From NCBI GenBank assembly GCA_964586635.1, contig CAZPGN010000001.1, positions 72,932-136,931 on the forward strand: DNA of 64,000 nt. The letters run 5' to 3'. Below, piece by piece: positions 37,902-45,900 of this stretch (position 1 is its first letter; each line of letters begins with the position of its first letter). The position numbers and the translations under genes are program-made. Source of the DNA: an uncultured Candidatus Saccharibacteria bacterium. GTDB lineage: Bacteria > Patescibacteriota > Minisyncoccia > Phycocordibacterales > CAZPGN01. The notes beneath the pieces are model-generated. The model was not told the origin of the DNA. It was given only the letters and a program-made list of their open reading frames with translations, and did no database searches.

Positions 37902-38819
37902 TCATGGCTTCTTTGAGGGTGCCTGTCGAGGACTCTCCAGGCTAGCGAGCGCCGCCGCAATGTCTTCCCGAGCGATGACACTCGACTTTCCACCAAACAT
38001 TCCAACAAGTCTTCCCGCGGTGGACACGACCGGCGCGCCAACAGAGCCTACCGATGCTGCAAAATTCGTTTTAATCACCGGCGACGACGAAGCGGCGCCT
38101 GTTTTGAGCCCGGATATAAAGCCTATTGAGACGGTCCCGAGGTCGCCATCATATCCCATCGTGATAATAGTCTGCCCGAGCGTACTGACGGATGACCCCA
38201 GAGAAACCGGGGTAAAGGTGCGTTTACTACGCGGTTCGGATGAGACGGAGAGTACAATGATTCCACGAATGGCATCGATTGCGCGAAGTTCTGCTGGAAG
38301 GGTCGTACCATCGAGAAGAGTAATCGAAATGGATTTAGATTCTCTGATAGCTCCAACATTCGCCGTCACAATGGTCCCATCCTCGCTCACAAAAAAACCG
38401 ACTCCGTCGAACGCAGCAGACGCAATCGGCCTCACAATGGTTCCGATACCAGCAAGCGAGTCCGTATTCTGTAAGGGCGATGTGGTCCCAGCTTGAGGTC
38501 CTATTGACTGTCCGCTTGTTGCAATATGGGACATTGGGGATTCGACTGCCGCATTGATGCGCACAATTGCGGGCGCGAGCGCCTGCACTGCCTCGACGAT
38601 CCGCGCCTCGGCAGGTATCTCCGTGAGAGTATTCACAACCTTTGTCTCTCCCGCAACTACTGTCTCGATCGTTCGTTCGACTACGCGATTAATCGTTTGT
38701 GTAATATCCTTCGGTGCCTGGTCGAGCAAGGCTACGGTAACGATACCCGTAGCAATTGATGTGACGAAACTACAAAAGAGCGCGAGGAGTATTAGTTGCT
38801 GTTTCGAGAGATTCTCCAT
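37902..38819 (-). CDS. membrane-anchored hypothetical protein with trypsin-like (S1) fold features, possibly catalytically degenerate
   Basis: N-terminal TM (LILLALFCSFVTSIATGIVTVALL), then a Gly/Ser/Val-rich beta-rich region. GSVGAPVV occupies the position of the GDSGGP motif, so the catalytic Ser is not clearly conserved. Confidence 0.35.
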   Translation of the reverse strand: MENLSKQQLILLALFCSFVTSIATGIVTVALLDQAPKDITQTINRVVERTIETVVAGETKVVNTLTEIPAEARIVEAVQALAPAIVRINAAVESPMSHIATSGQSIGPQAGTTSPLQNTDSLAGIGTIVRPIASAAFDGVGFFVSEDGTIVTANVGAIRESKSISITLLDGTTLPAELRAIDAIRGIIVLSVSSEPRSKRTFTPVSLGSSVSTLGQTIITMGYDGDLGTVSIGFISGLKTGAASSSPVIKTNFAASVGSVGAPVVSTAGRLVGMFGGKSSVIAREDIAAALASLESPRQAPSKKP

Positions 38820-38865
38820 GTCATAATAATATCATGATGGCATGCAAAGAGCGCAAATGACCGTG

Positions 38866-40020
38866 TTAATTATCCGATTGTGCGCGCAATTTCTCTATGA
38901 TCCGAGGCAAAATAGCAATAACCTCATCAATGTCTTGTTCTGTCGAGTGAACTCCGAGCGTAAAACGAACAGCGCTTGTGGTATATGTTTTGTCCTTACC
39001 AAGCGCTCTGACGGCATAGGAGCCGCCTTCAGCGCCACTTTCACAGGCGCCGCCGGAAGAACTAGAAATCCCCATCATATCAAGCTCTATTACAGCCTGC
39101 TCGTTCAATGTTCTTTGCAACGAGAAATTCACATTATTCGCGAGACGCTCTGTTGCCGAGCCATTTAGTTCCGCGTCTGGCACATGGTCAAGTATTCCGG
39201 CTATCAAGCGATCGCGCAATAAGGTAAGTCGCTTCCGCTCATCGTCTCGGCGTGTTTGAACAAGCTGAAGTGCATAGGCAAATCCTACGATTCCTGGCAC
39301 ATTTTCCGTACCGCTTCGCATACCTCGCTCCTGTCCCCCGCCGTAGACAAGCGGAGAAAGCAACACTCCTTTTTTCATATAGAGCGCGCCCACTCCTTTC
39401 GGCCCATATACTTTTGCGCTGTTTATCGTCATGAGATCAACTCCAAGCGCCTGTGGCATGATCGAGAGCGTCGTCGGTGATTGGCATGCATCCGTATGGA
39501 AATAGGGGTAGGCTGAATTACCGCGATGCTCCCTTATGACTCGAGATATATTCGCAAGCGGCTGTATTGTTCCGATTTCGTTATGCGAGTGTATTAGCGA
39601 CACGAGAACCGTGTCCTCCCGAAGCGCCGCGCGAACCGCATCGGGAGAAATTTCCCCCGCCTGGTTCGGAGAAAGTTTTGTTACCGCAAACCCGCGTTTT
39701 TCAAGCAACGGTAGCGTGTTCGTTATTGAGGGATGCTCAAATGCTGACACAATGATATGCCCCTGCTTGGGTAAGCCCTGCATCACAATATTATTCGCCT
39801 CCGTCGCGCTGGCAGTAAAAATAATTTCGGAGGATGTGCATCCCAGCACACGAGCGACCTCGACATGCGCGTACTCCACGCCCTCACGAGCCGCTAGTCC
39901 ATCCGAGTGTATAGAGTGCGGATTCGCGGCTCGCTCGATCCAATAGGGCGCCATAGCTTCAAGCACGCGAGGATCAACGGGCGTCGCCGCCGCATAGTCC
40001 ATATAGATTCGTTTACGCAT
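38866..40020 (-). CDS. cysteine desulfurase (class V aminotransferase, IscS/NifS family)
   Basis: MDYAAATPVDPRVLEAM; the PLP-lysine region SAKVYGPKGVGALY (SxHK-like); the C-terminal GGACESG active-site Cys loop. Confidence 0.8.
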   Translation of the reverse strand: MRKRIYMDYAAATPVDPRVLEAMAPYWIERAANPHSIHSDGLAAREGVEYAHVEVARVLGCTSSEIIFTASATEANNIVMQGLPKQGHIIVSAFEHPSITNTLPLLEKRGFAVTKLSPNQAGEISPDAVRAALREDTVLVSLIHSHNEIGTIQPLANISRVIREHRGNSAYPYFHTDACQSPTTLSIMPQALGVDLMTINSAKVYGPKGVGALYMKKGVLLSPLVYGGGQERGMRSGTENVPGIVGFAYALQLVQTRRDDERKRLTLLRDRLIAGILDHVPDAELNGSATERLANNVNFSLQRTLNEQAVIELDMMGISSSSGGACESGAEGGSYAVRALGKDKTYTTSAVRFTLGVHSTEQDIDEVIAILPRIIEKLRAQSDN

Positions 40021-40087
40021 ACAATATCGTCAGTGTACCGCGAGAATTTATTTTTGCCAAAATGATAAATTTACTGTATAGTGCTGT

Positions 40088-41590
40088 TTGCGTTTCCCTA
40101 TGAAAACCGTAAGCTCCAGAAACAGAATAGCGCGCCCACCCATTGTTGTTGTCGTCGGTCATATCGACCACGGCAAATCAAGCTTGCTTGATTATATTCG
40201 TAAAACGAATGTTGTCGCAGGAGAAACGGGCGGTATCACGCAACATATTTCGGCATACGAGGCAATGCACAATGGCAGAAAAATTACGTTCCTCGACACG
40301 CCCGGTCACGAAGCTTTTGCTGAAATGCGACTTCGTGGGGCGCACGCGGCAGATATCGCGATCCTTGTGATTGGGGCAGATGATGGCGTAGAGGTTCAGA
40401 CCACGGAGGCCCTCCGCGCGATACAGGAGGCGGGAATTCCTTATGTTGTGGCTATTAATAAGATGGACCTGCCAACCGCCGAACCCGAGCGAGTAAAACA
40501 ACAACTCGCAGAGCAAGGCGTGTTCCTCGAAGGATACGGTGGTACCATCTCAAACACCGCCATTTCTGCGAAAACAGGCGCGGGCGTCTCTGAACTCCTT
40601 GATCTTGTTCTTCTTGCAACCGACATAGAGGATTTGACAGCCGAAGCATCCACTCCCGCAGGTGGCCATGTCATAGAATCCCACATGGACCCCAAACGCG
40701 GCGCAACCGCAACACTCATAATAACGAACGGCATAATAACGAAAAAAGGTTTTGTGGTGGCGGGTGACGCGTATGCGCCGATCAGAATACTGGAGGATTT
40801 CAAGCATGCGCCGATTACTTCGGCAACTGTTTCCGCACCGATCGTGATAGCGGGATTCAACCATGTTCCACCAGTCGGTACGACCTGGAGCATCGTCACT
40901 GACAAAAAGGAAGCGGAGCGTCTGTCGAAAGTGCGCGCGGCTGTTGCGGCACATGATAAGACCCAACCGGAGACAGAGATAGTCATCCCTATTCTCGTTA
41001 AAGCGGACACGCGAGGAACACTCGAGGCGGTCCTCGGCGAACTGCGCCGCGCCGCAACCGAAAAAGCGCGCTTCGAGGTCATTGCGAGCGGAGTCGGGGC
41101 TATAACGGAAAATGATATTAACACAATCGCAGCCGGAAAGGACCCGCTTGTAGTCGGCTTTAGCGTAAAGGTCGAGCAGGGAGCTCAGGATATCTCGACT
41201 CGACTCGGGATAACGCCCGTCTCTTTCTCCCTCATTTACGAATTGACGAAATATGTCCGTTCGGAAATAGAGCGAAGGTCGCCGAAAATCTCCACAGAAA
41301 TAGTACTCGGCAAAGGACGGATATTGAAAACATTTGACCGCTCAAAGGAAAAACAGATCGTCGGAGGAACTGTGCTCTCTGGCGCGATATTGCAAAACAA
41401 AACCGTCAAAATCATCCGCAATGGCGGAGAAATCGGCGGCGGTTCAATTTCAGAACTGCAACAGTCAAGGGTTAAGGTTGATCGAGTTGAAGAAGGCAGT
41501 CAATTTGGGGCTCAAATCTCATCTCGCATAACTATCGCCGCGGGAGATATCATAGAAGCGATAGACGTTGTTGCGGCAGGGCATGAGTAG
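40088..41590 (+). CDS. infB: translation initiation factor IF-2 (short form lacking N-terminal extension)
   Basis: VVVGHIDHGKSSLLD (G1), DTPGHEAF (G3) and NKMD (G4) motifs. C-terminal beta-barrel domains. 500 aa. Confidence 0.85.
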   Translation: MRFPMKTVSSRNRIARPPIVVVVGHIDHGKSSLLDYIRKTNVVAGETGGITQHISAYEAMHNGRKITFLDTPGHEAFAEMRLRGAHAADIAILVIGADDGVEVQTTEALRAIQEAGIPYVVAINKMDLPTAEPERVKQQLAEQGVFLEGYGGTISNTAISAKTGAGVSELLDLVLLATDIEDLTAEASTPAGGHVIESHMDPKRGATATLIITNGIITKKGFVVAGDAYAPIRILEDFKHAPITSATVSAPIVIAGFNHVPPVGTTWSIVTDKKEAERLSKVRAAVAAHDKTQPETEIVIPILVKADTRGTLEAVLGELRRAATEKARFEVIASGVGAITENDINTIAAGKDPLVVGFSVKVEQGAQDISTRLGITPVSFSLIYELTKYVRSEIERRSPKISTEIVLGKGRILKTFDRSKEKQIVGGTVLSGAILQNKTVKIIRNGGEIGGGSISELQQSRVKVDRVEEGSQFGAQISSRITIAAGDIIEAIDVVAAGHE

Positions 41591-41927
41591 GCACCGGCAA
41601 CATCGTCTCGTTGAGATACTAAAGCGCACTGCGGCGGAATACATTCGCGATGTCTCATCAAGCGAATCGCTCATAACGATAACCGATGCCTTATTGAGCA
41701 AGGACGGAAAAGTGATTACCTTGCTCATAAATGTCATTCCCGAGGACAAGGAATATTCAGCGCTTGTATTTATGAATCGCAAACGACATGAGCTGTTTAA
41801 ACATCTAAAGCAACACAGTAATCTCGCGTTCATTCCAAAAATCATTTTCGAGGTCAACGAGGGAGAGAAACGCCGCAGACGCATTGATGAACTTATCGCA
41901 AGAGATAAAGGCGTGCAGAAATCATAA
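41568..41927 (+). CDS. rbfA: ribosome-binding factor A
   Basis: RQHRLVEILKRTAAEYI…SLITITDALLSKDGKVITLLINV is the RbfA KH-like pattern. It lies immediately downstream of infB, as in the canonical operon. Confidence 0.75.
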   Translation: MLRQGMSRHRQHRLVEILKRTAAEYIRDVSSSESLITITDALLSKDGKVITLLINVIPEDKEYSALVFMNRKRHELFKHLKQHSNLAFIPKIIFEVNEGEKRRRRIDELIARDKGVQKS

Positions 41928-41952
41928 AAGCTCTGGAATACTGGCCGCCGTT

Positions 41953-41961
41953 TGATATAAT
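41953..41961 (+). promoter_or_regulatory. extended -10 promoter element (TGaTATAAT) upstream of tRNA-Cys
   Basis: TTTGATATAAT at 41951..41961. tRNA-Cys begins at 41973, about 12 nt downstream. Confidence 0.35.
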
Positions 41962-41972
41962 CTGTATATATT

Positions 41973-42044
41973 GACCACGTGGCGAAGTGGTAACGCAGCG
42001 GTCTGCAAAACCGCAACGCGCGGGTTCGATTCCCGCCGTGGTCT
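41973..42044 (+). tRNA. tRNA-Cys (anticodon GCA)
   Basis: Acceptor GACCACG/CGTGGTC, discriminator U (typical Cys identity element). Anticodon arm GCGGT-CTGCAAA-ACCGC. T arm GCGGG-TTCGATT-CCCGC. Confidence 0.85.
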
Positions 42045-42338
42045 TAAGGCGGGAATCGAAGCCGACCCGAGAAAGCTAAACTGCTTTAGGTTTCTCGGGC
42101 GGCAGGCTCCGAAGGAGACTGTCTCGATGCGCCAAGAGGCGCCAGAGACAGTCGGGTGAGGAGGATTCCCGCCGTGGTCTTAAGGCGGGAATCGAAGCCG
42201 ACCCGAGAAAGCTAAACTGCTTTAGGTTTCTCGGGCGGCAGGCTCCGAAGGAGACTGTCTCGATGCGCCAAGAGGCGCCAGAGACAGTCGGGTGAGGAGG
42301 ATTCCCGCCGTGGTCTTAAGGCGGGAATCGAAGCCGAC
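42045..42338 (+). repeat. tandem direct repeat: 136-nt unit x2 plus a 22-nt third partial copy, beginning right after the tRNA-Cys discriminator; each unit ends with a 17-nt copy of the tRNA-Cys 3-prime end (GATTCCCGCCGTGGTCT)
   Basis: Units 42045..42180 and 42181..42316 are identical by eye; partial copy 42317..42338. Each unit has a 10-bp closing stem (GGCGGGAATC…GATTCCCGCC) and long internal hairpins (GCCGACCCGAGAAA…TTTCTCGGGCGGC; GACTGTCTCGATGCGCC…GGCGCCAGAGACAGTC). Confidence 0.9.
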
Positions 42339-42357
42339 TAGTGATTGTATATATTTT

Positions 42358-42439
42358 GCCCGGGTGGTGTAATTGGTAGCCACGATCGACTTAAGATCGG
42401 TTGCCGTAAGGCATGTGGGTTCGAGTCCCACCCCGGGCA
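42358..42439 (+). tRNA. tRNA-Leu (anticodon TAA), type II
   Basis: Acceptor GCCCGGG/CCCGGGC, anticodon arm ATCGA-CTTAAGA-TCGGT, variable hairpin TGCCGTAAGGCA, T arm GTGGG-TTCGAGT-CCCAC, discriminator A. Confidence 0.8.
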
Positions 42440-42450
42440 TTTTTGATGGG

Positions 42451-42473
42451 ATGAAGGGGTCAGGAGCCTTCAT
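42451..42473 (+). repeat. REP-like hairpin repeat copy (ATGAAGGGGTCAGGAGCCTTCAT) followed by TTTTG; terminator-like, after the tRNA-Leu(TAA)
   Basis: Plus-orientation copy of the 23-mer; …CCTTCATTTTGTC. Confidence 0.8.
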
Positions 42474-42628
42474 TTTGTCTGCCTATCGCGGTTGGAATAA
42501 ATGAAATAATCAGGGCACTTGTCAAGTACCTGAAGTTTGCTGATGAAAAGAAGCAGCCTTTTACGAAATACTTCGGATGCTATGAAAGTTTGAGAGACGA
42601 TGATTCGTGTGTTATTTTGTATTGACAT

Positions 42629-42701
42629 CCCCCTATAGCTCAATTGGTAGAGCAACGGACTCTTAATCCGCAGGTTGTAGGTTCGATTCCTACTGGGGGG
42701 A
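42629..42701 (+). tRNA. tRNA-Lys (anticodon CTT)
   Basis: D arm GCTC-AATTGGTA-GAGC, anticodon arm ACGGA-CTCTTAA-TCCGC (A27/C43 mismatch), T arm GTAGG-TTCGATT-CCTAC. Acceptor CCCCCTA/TGGGGGG with an unusual C1-G72. Discriminator A. Confidence 0.7.
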
Positions 42702-42716
42702 CACTTTATTAGTGGA

Positions 42717-42745
42717 TTGTCAATCTCGTCTGCGACATATATACT
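42717..42745 (+). promoter_or_regulatory. sigma70-like promoter for tRNA-Leu(TAG): -35 TTGTCA, 17-nt spacer, -10 TATACT
   Basis: TTGTCA at 42717..42722, TATACT at 42740..42745. tRNA start is at 42759. Confidence 0.4.
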
Positions 42746-42758
42746 GAAGCAAGTGTGC

Positions 42759-42843
42759 GGGCGAGTGGCGAAATTGGCAGACGCGCCAGCCTTAGGAGCT
42801 GGTGGAGAAATCCGTGGGAGTTCAACTCTCCCCTCGCCCACCA
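42759..42843 (+). tRNA. tRNA-Leu (anticodon TAG), type II, CCA encoded
   Basis: Acceptor GGGCGAG/CTCGCCC, D arm GCG…CGC, anticodon arm CCAGC-CTTAGGA-GCTGG, variable hairpin TGGAGAAATCCG, T arm GGGAG-TTCAACT-CTCCC, discriminator A, CCA. Confidence 0.85.
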
Positions 42844-42867
42844 AACCAAAGTTGGATGACTCATATC

Positions 42868-42905
42868 CAAAAAGCCCCGCCGCCGAAGGGCGCGGGGCTT
42901 TTTGG
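42868..42905. terminator. bidirectional Rho-independent terminator (GC hairpin flanked by an A-run and a T-run) between the tRNA cluster (+) and the giant surface-protein gene (-)
   Basis: CCAAAAAGCCCCGCCGCCGAAGGGCGCGGGGCTTTTTGGTTTTG: stem GCCCCGC(c)GCC / GGC GCGGGGC with loop GAAG. A and T tracts lie on both sides. Confidence 0.7.
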
Positions 42906-42919
42906 TTTTGCACAAGGCT

Positions 42920-45900
42920 CTATTGACCGAGTCTCACCTGCACCTGCTTTTGCAGATTCTCGATAAGTTTCTGGAGATCCTTCACTTGCTTCTCTAGTTC
43001 TGCCTCTGTAGATACGGACGAAGCTGTGGGTGCTCCAAGTTCTCCAAGTTTGGCGCGGGTCATGGGACCCACGAAGCCGTAGCCAGGATCGCTCGGCTTG
43101 GCTAGGTTGTATTTCTCTTGGAACTTACCGATGGCTTTCTGTGTAAGTGTTCCGAGGAACTCCGTCTCGCTGCCGGGTGATCCTGGACCAGTGTTTGCGA
43201 TCTTCGTGTCGGGATCGTTGTTCAAGAGCTGTTGGAGGCGCTTGACATCTTCGCCGCGGGTGCCGATGTCAAGCGAACGGGTGAAGGCCGCAGAGACCGA
43301 TGCCGGAGTTGCTGGTACTGCCGGGGAAACTCCGACAGAGGATACCTCCTGGAGCTTGGCGCGGGTCTTAGGACCGAGAACGCCGAAGCCAGTGGTTTCC
43401 TCGCTACCAGAAGAGATGATGCCGTGCTTCTTCTGGAATTTTTGGAGTGCTAATTTCGTGAGCAGGCCGAAGAAGTCCGTTTCGTTGTCGGGTGACCCCG
43501 GACCAGTATCCGATATTTTCGTATCGGGATCGCTGTTTAGAATCTGCTGGAGGCGCTTGACATCATCGCTTCTTGATCCCGTTTTAAGCACGCGGGTGAA
43601 GACTGGGGAAACCGATATTGCGGTAATGGAAGGGGTTGCAGGAGGGTTCGGTAGGGTTGCCGCAGATACAGATGCGCCCTGCGATGCGGATGCTGGAGCG
43701 GAAATTGCGGGAGTCTTCGACAGAACATGGTCGGAAACAGAACCGCCAAGGTATGACGGCGCCGAACCCCCGCCGCCGCCGCCCCCTCCGCCGCCAAGCA
43801 CATTGACTTTCGCGGAAACGGCACTCGAGGCCGCCGATTCTACAGAACCGCTCTCCTTTGAGGCCGACACTTTGTAGTAGTATGTGGTGCCGTTAGTTAC
43901 CGCTGTATCCGTATAGTTCGTAACATTGCCTGGGACATTCAGAAGCGGGAACGAGCCCGTATCGCTCGTATCGCGATATATGAAGTATCCGGTCGAGTCG
44001 TCAGATGAATTCCACGAGAGTGTAATGGTATTACTGCCCGGATTCCCTGCGGTCGCGGTCAAGTTCGCGGGCGCGGCGGGAGCGTCCGAGTTCGTCGCAG
44101 ACGAGAGCGCATAGAGCGAGAAGTGCGACCCTATCGAAGTAAATGCGACCGTTGAGACATTCGAAAGATTAGATGCCGGAGACGTAATGACATTTCCGCT
44201 CGAATCTTTGTAGGTCAAAACCGTCGAGAGTGATTCCCATTCTTTTTTGTCTTCGCTGTATGATACGACCTTCAATTTGTCTACTTCTGCCGAGGTATCC
44301 ACGTCGGAGAGCGCAAGTTCGGCTTTCGTATAAGTAAGCTCAATACTCGCTTTCTTGCCAGTCTGAAGATTTTTGACTTGAGAACTGCCAGAATATGCGT
44401 TAATGTCCTTCGCCTTTGAGGCCACTATGTTCACACTCACAGTGTTCGGGAAGTTGCTGGTTTCCTTGACGGTAAGATACGAGTTGCTGCCGGCCGAACC
44501 TAGTGTATTGGCATCTAGATCAACCTTGACCTTCGTTGCCGTATCGGAGATGCTTCCAGCGCTCGTGTCGGTAAATGTATTCGAGGTCATGAGGGTACTG
44601 GAAATCGAAGCCGTCGTTGTGAGCGCAACAGTTATAGACGAGGCAGAATTGGCGCCGATGGATATTGGGTTTGCCGCGGCCGCCGCTTCGACATATCCCT
44701 CCGCCGCCGCGAATACGCGCCATGTGCCTTCGCCAACGCTCAAGCGATAGGTGCCGTCAGTATCGGTCTTGGTCACAGCCTGACCGCCGCCGACGCGGAC
44801 AGCGCGCACGAAGGCATTGGCCGACAGAGAACCGCCCGCCGTTACCGTGCCGGAGATCGAGCGGGATGCGCTGGTCAGCACGAAATTTCTAGTGGTATTG
44901 CCTGAAATGGTTATCGAGGTCGGCGTGTCAATATAGCCCGGTTTAGAAACGATAACCTTGTAGGTTCCGTCGACAAGCGAGAGCCGATACGCTCCGGAGG
45001 TAGTCGCTTGCGTACCCGCGAATACGCCATTCGACTCGTTGACGAACGAAATCCATGCATCTGTAAGCTCGTTCCCTGATGTCGCTGCGGTATGATAGAC
45101 GGTGCCGGATACGACACTCAAGTTCGCACTGGCAGTATTAACCACGATTTTTATCGTTTCAGCGCCATTCACTTGCAAAACGCCGGAAAGTACCAGTGTA
45201 TTCGTACCATCATCGCTCGCCACAGAAATGTTCGACGACGGAACACCCTGAATGAAAGCTCGAATCGTAGTTGAGGCGCCATTCGCTATCTGAAGCGATG
45301 TCGAAGACGCGCTCGTTATTTCAACATGGTTCCCAAGCTGTGTACTCGTATCGAAGAGATCAATGAACGCCTTGGGAACTTCGAGCAGATTTCCGTTCGA
45401 GTCTTTTATGTTTATTGTGATAGTCCGCCTTGGCGCAACGCGGATGTTCTGCGTAGTGGAAGCTGTCAAGTCTATCGCGCCGATCGCCGCGCCGCTATTG
45501 CCAAGCGCGGCGATGCGCCCGTAACCTGGCTTGAATATGTCCGCGATCGAATATCCGGAACCAGAACGAACGCGCACCGAATATGCCCCATCGGAGCCAG
45601 AAACGGCCTCATTCGTGCCTGATGACCCGGAAACGCGAATGATGGCTCCCTCTATGCCCTCACCGGCAGTGAACGCGGCGTCGGAATTGCTGTCTTCGTA
45701 GATGTTTCCAGAAAGAATACTGAAGTTAAGCGTGGAGGCGGGTGCAAAATCAATGTTCTCCTGATTCGCCCCCGCGACAGTAACAGTCTGTTCAGTCATT
45801 TGCCCGAATCCTGGAATGAATACATTTACTTTCCATGCGCCGCTGTCAACATAAAGCGTGTATGTTCCGGCCGAAGAATCTGTGAATGAGTCTGCATGAC

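Noticed and set aside
41971-42159. ORF 41971..42159 (+) spanning tRNA-Cys and the tandem repeat
   Set aside because: It translates tRNA and structured-repeat sequence. The repeat units are identical at DNA level, which is incompatible with selection on this reading frame only.
42045-42338. CRISPR array interpretation of the 136-nt tandem repeats
   Set aside because: The spacers between the 17-nt direct repeats are identical, not unique. The repeat length and spacing are wrong for CRISPR, and no cas genes are nearby.
42470-42915. Minus-strand ORFs 42470..42913 and 42709..42915 and plus ORF 42717..42926
   Set aside because: They lie entirely over the tRNA-Lys and tRNA-Leu(TAG) genes and the terminator. 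They have no independent support.
43098-43877. Plus-strand 259-aa ORF with internally repeated peptide SVSLPGDPGPV…ICWRRLTS
   Set aside because: It is the antisense frame of the duplicated PG-binding-domain region inside the giant gene. The repetition reflects the sense-strand domain duplication.
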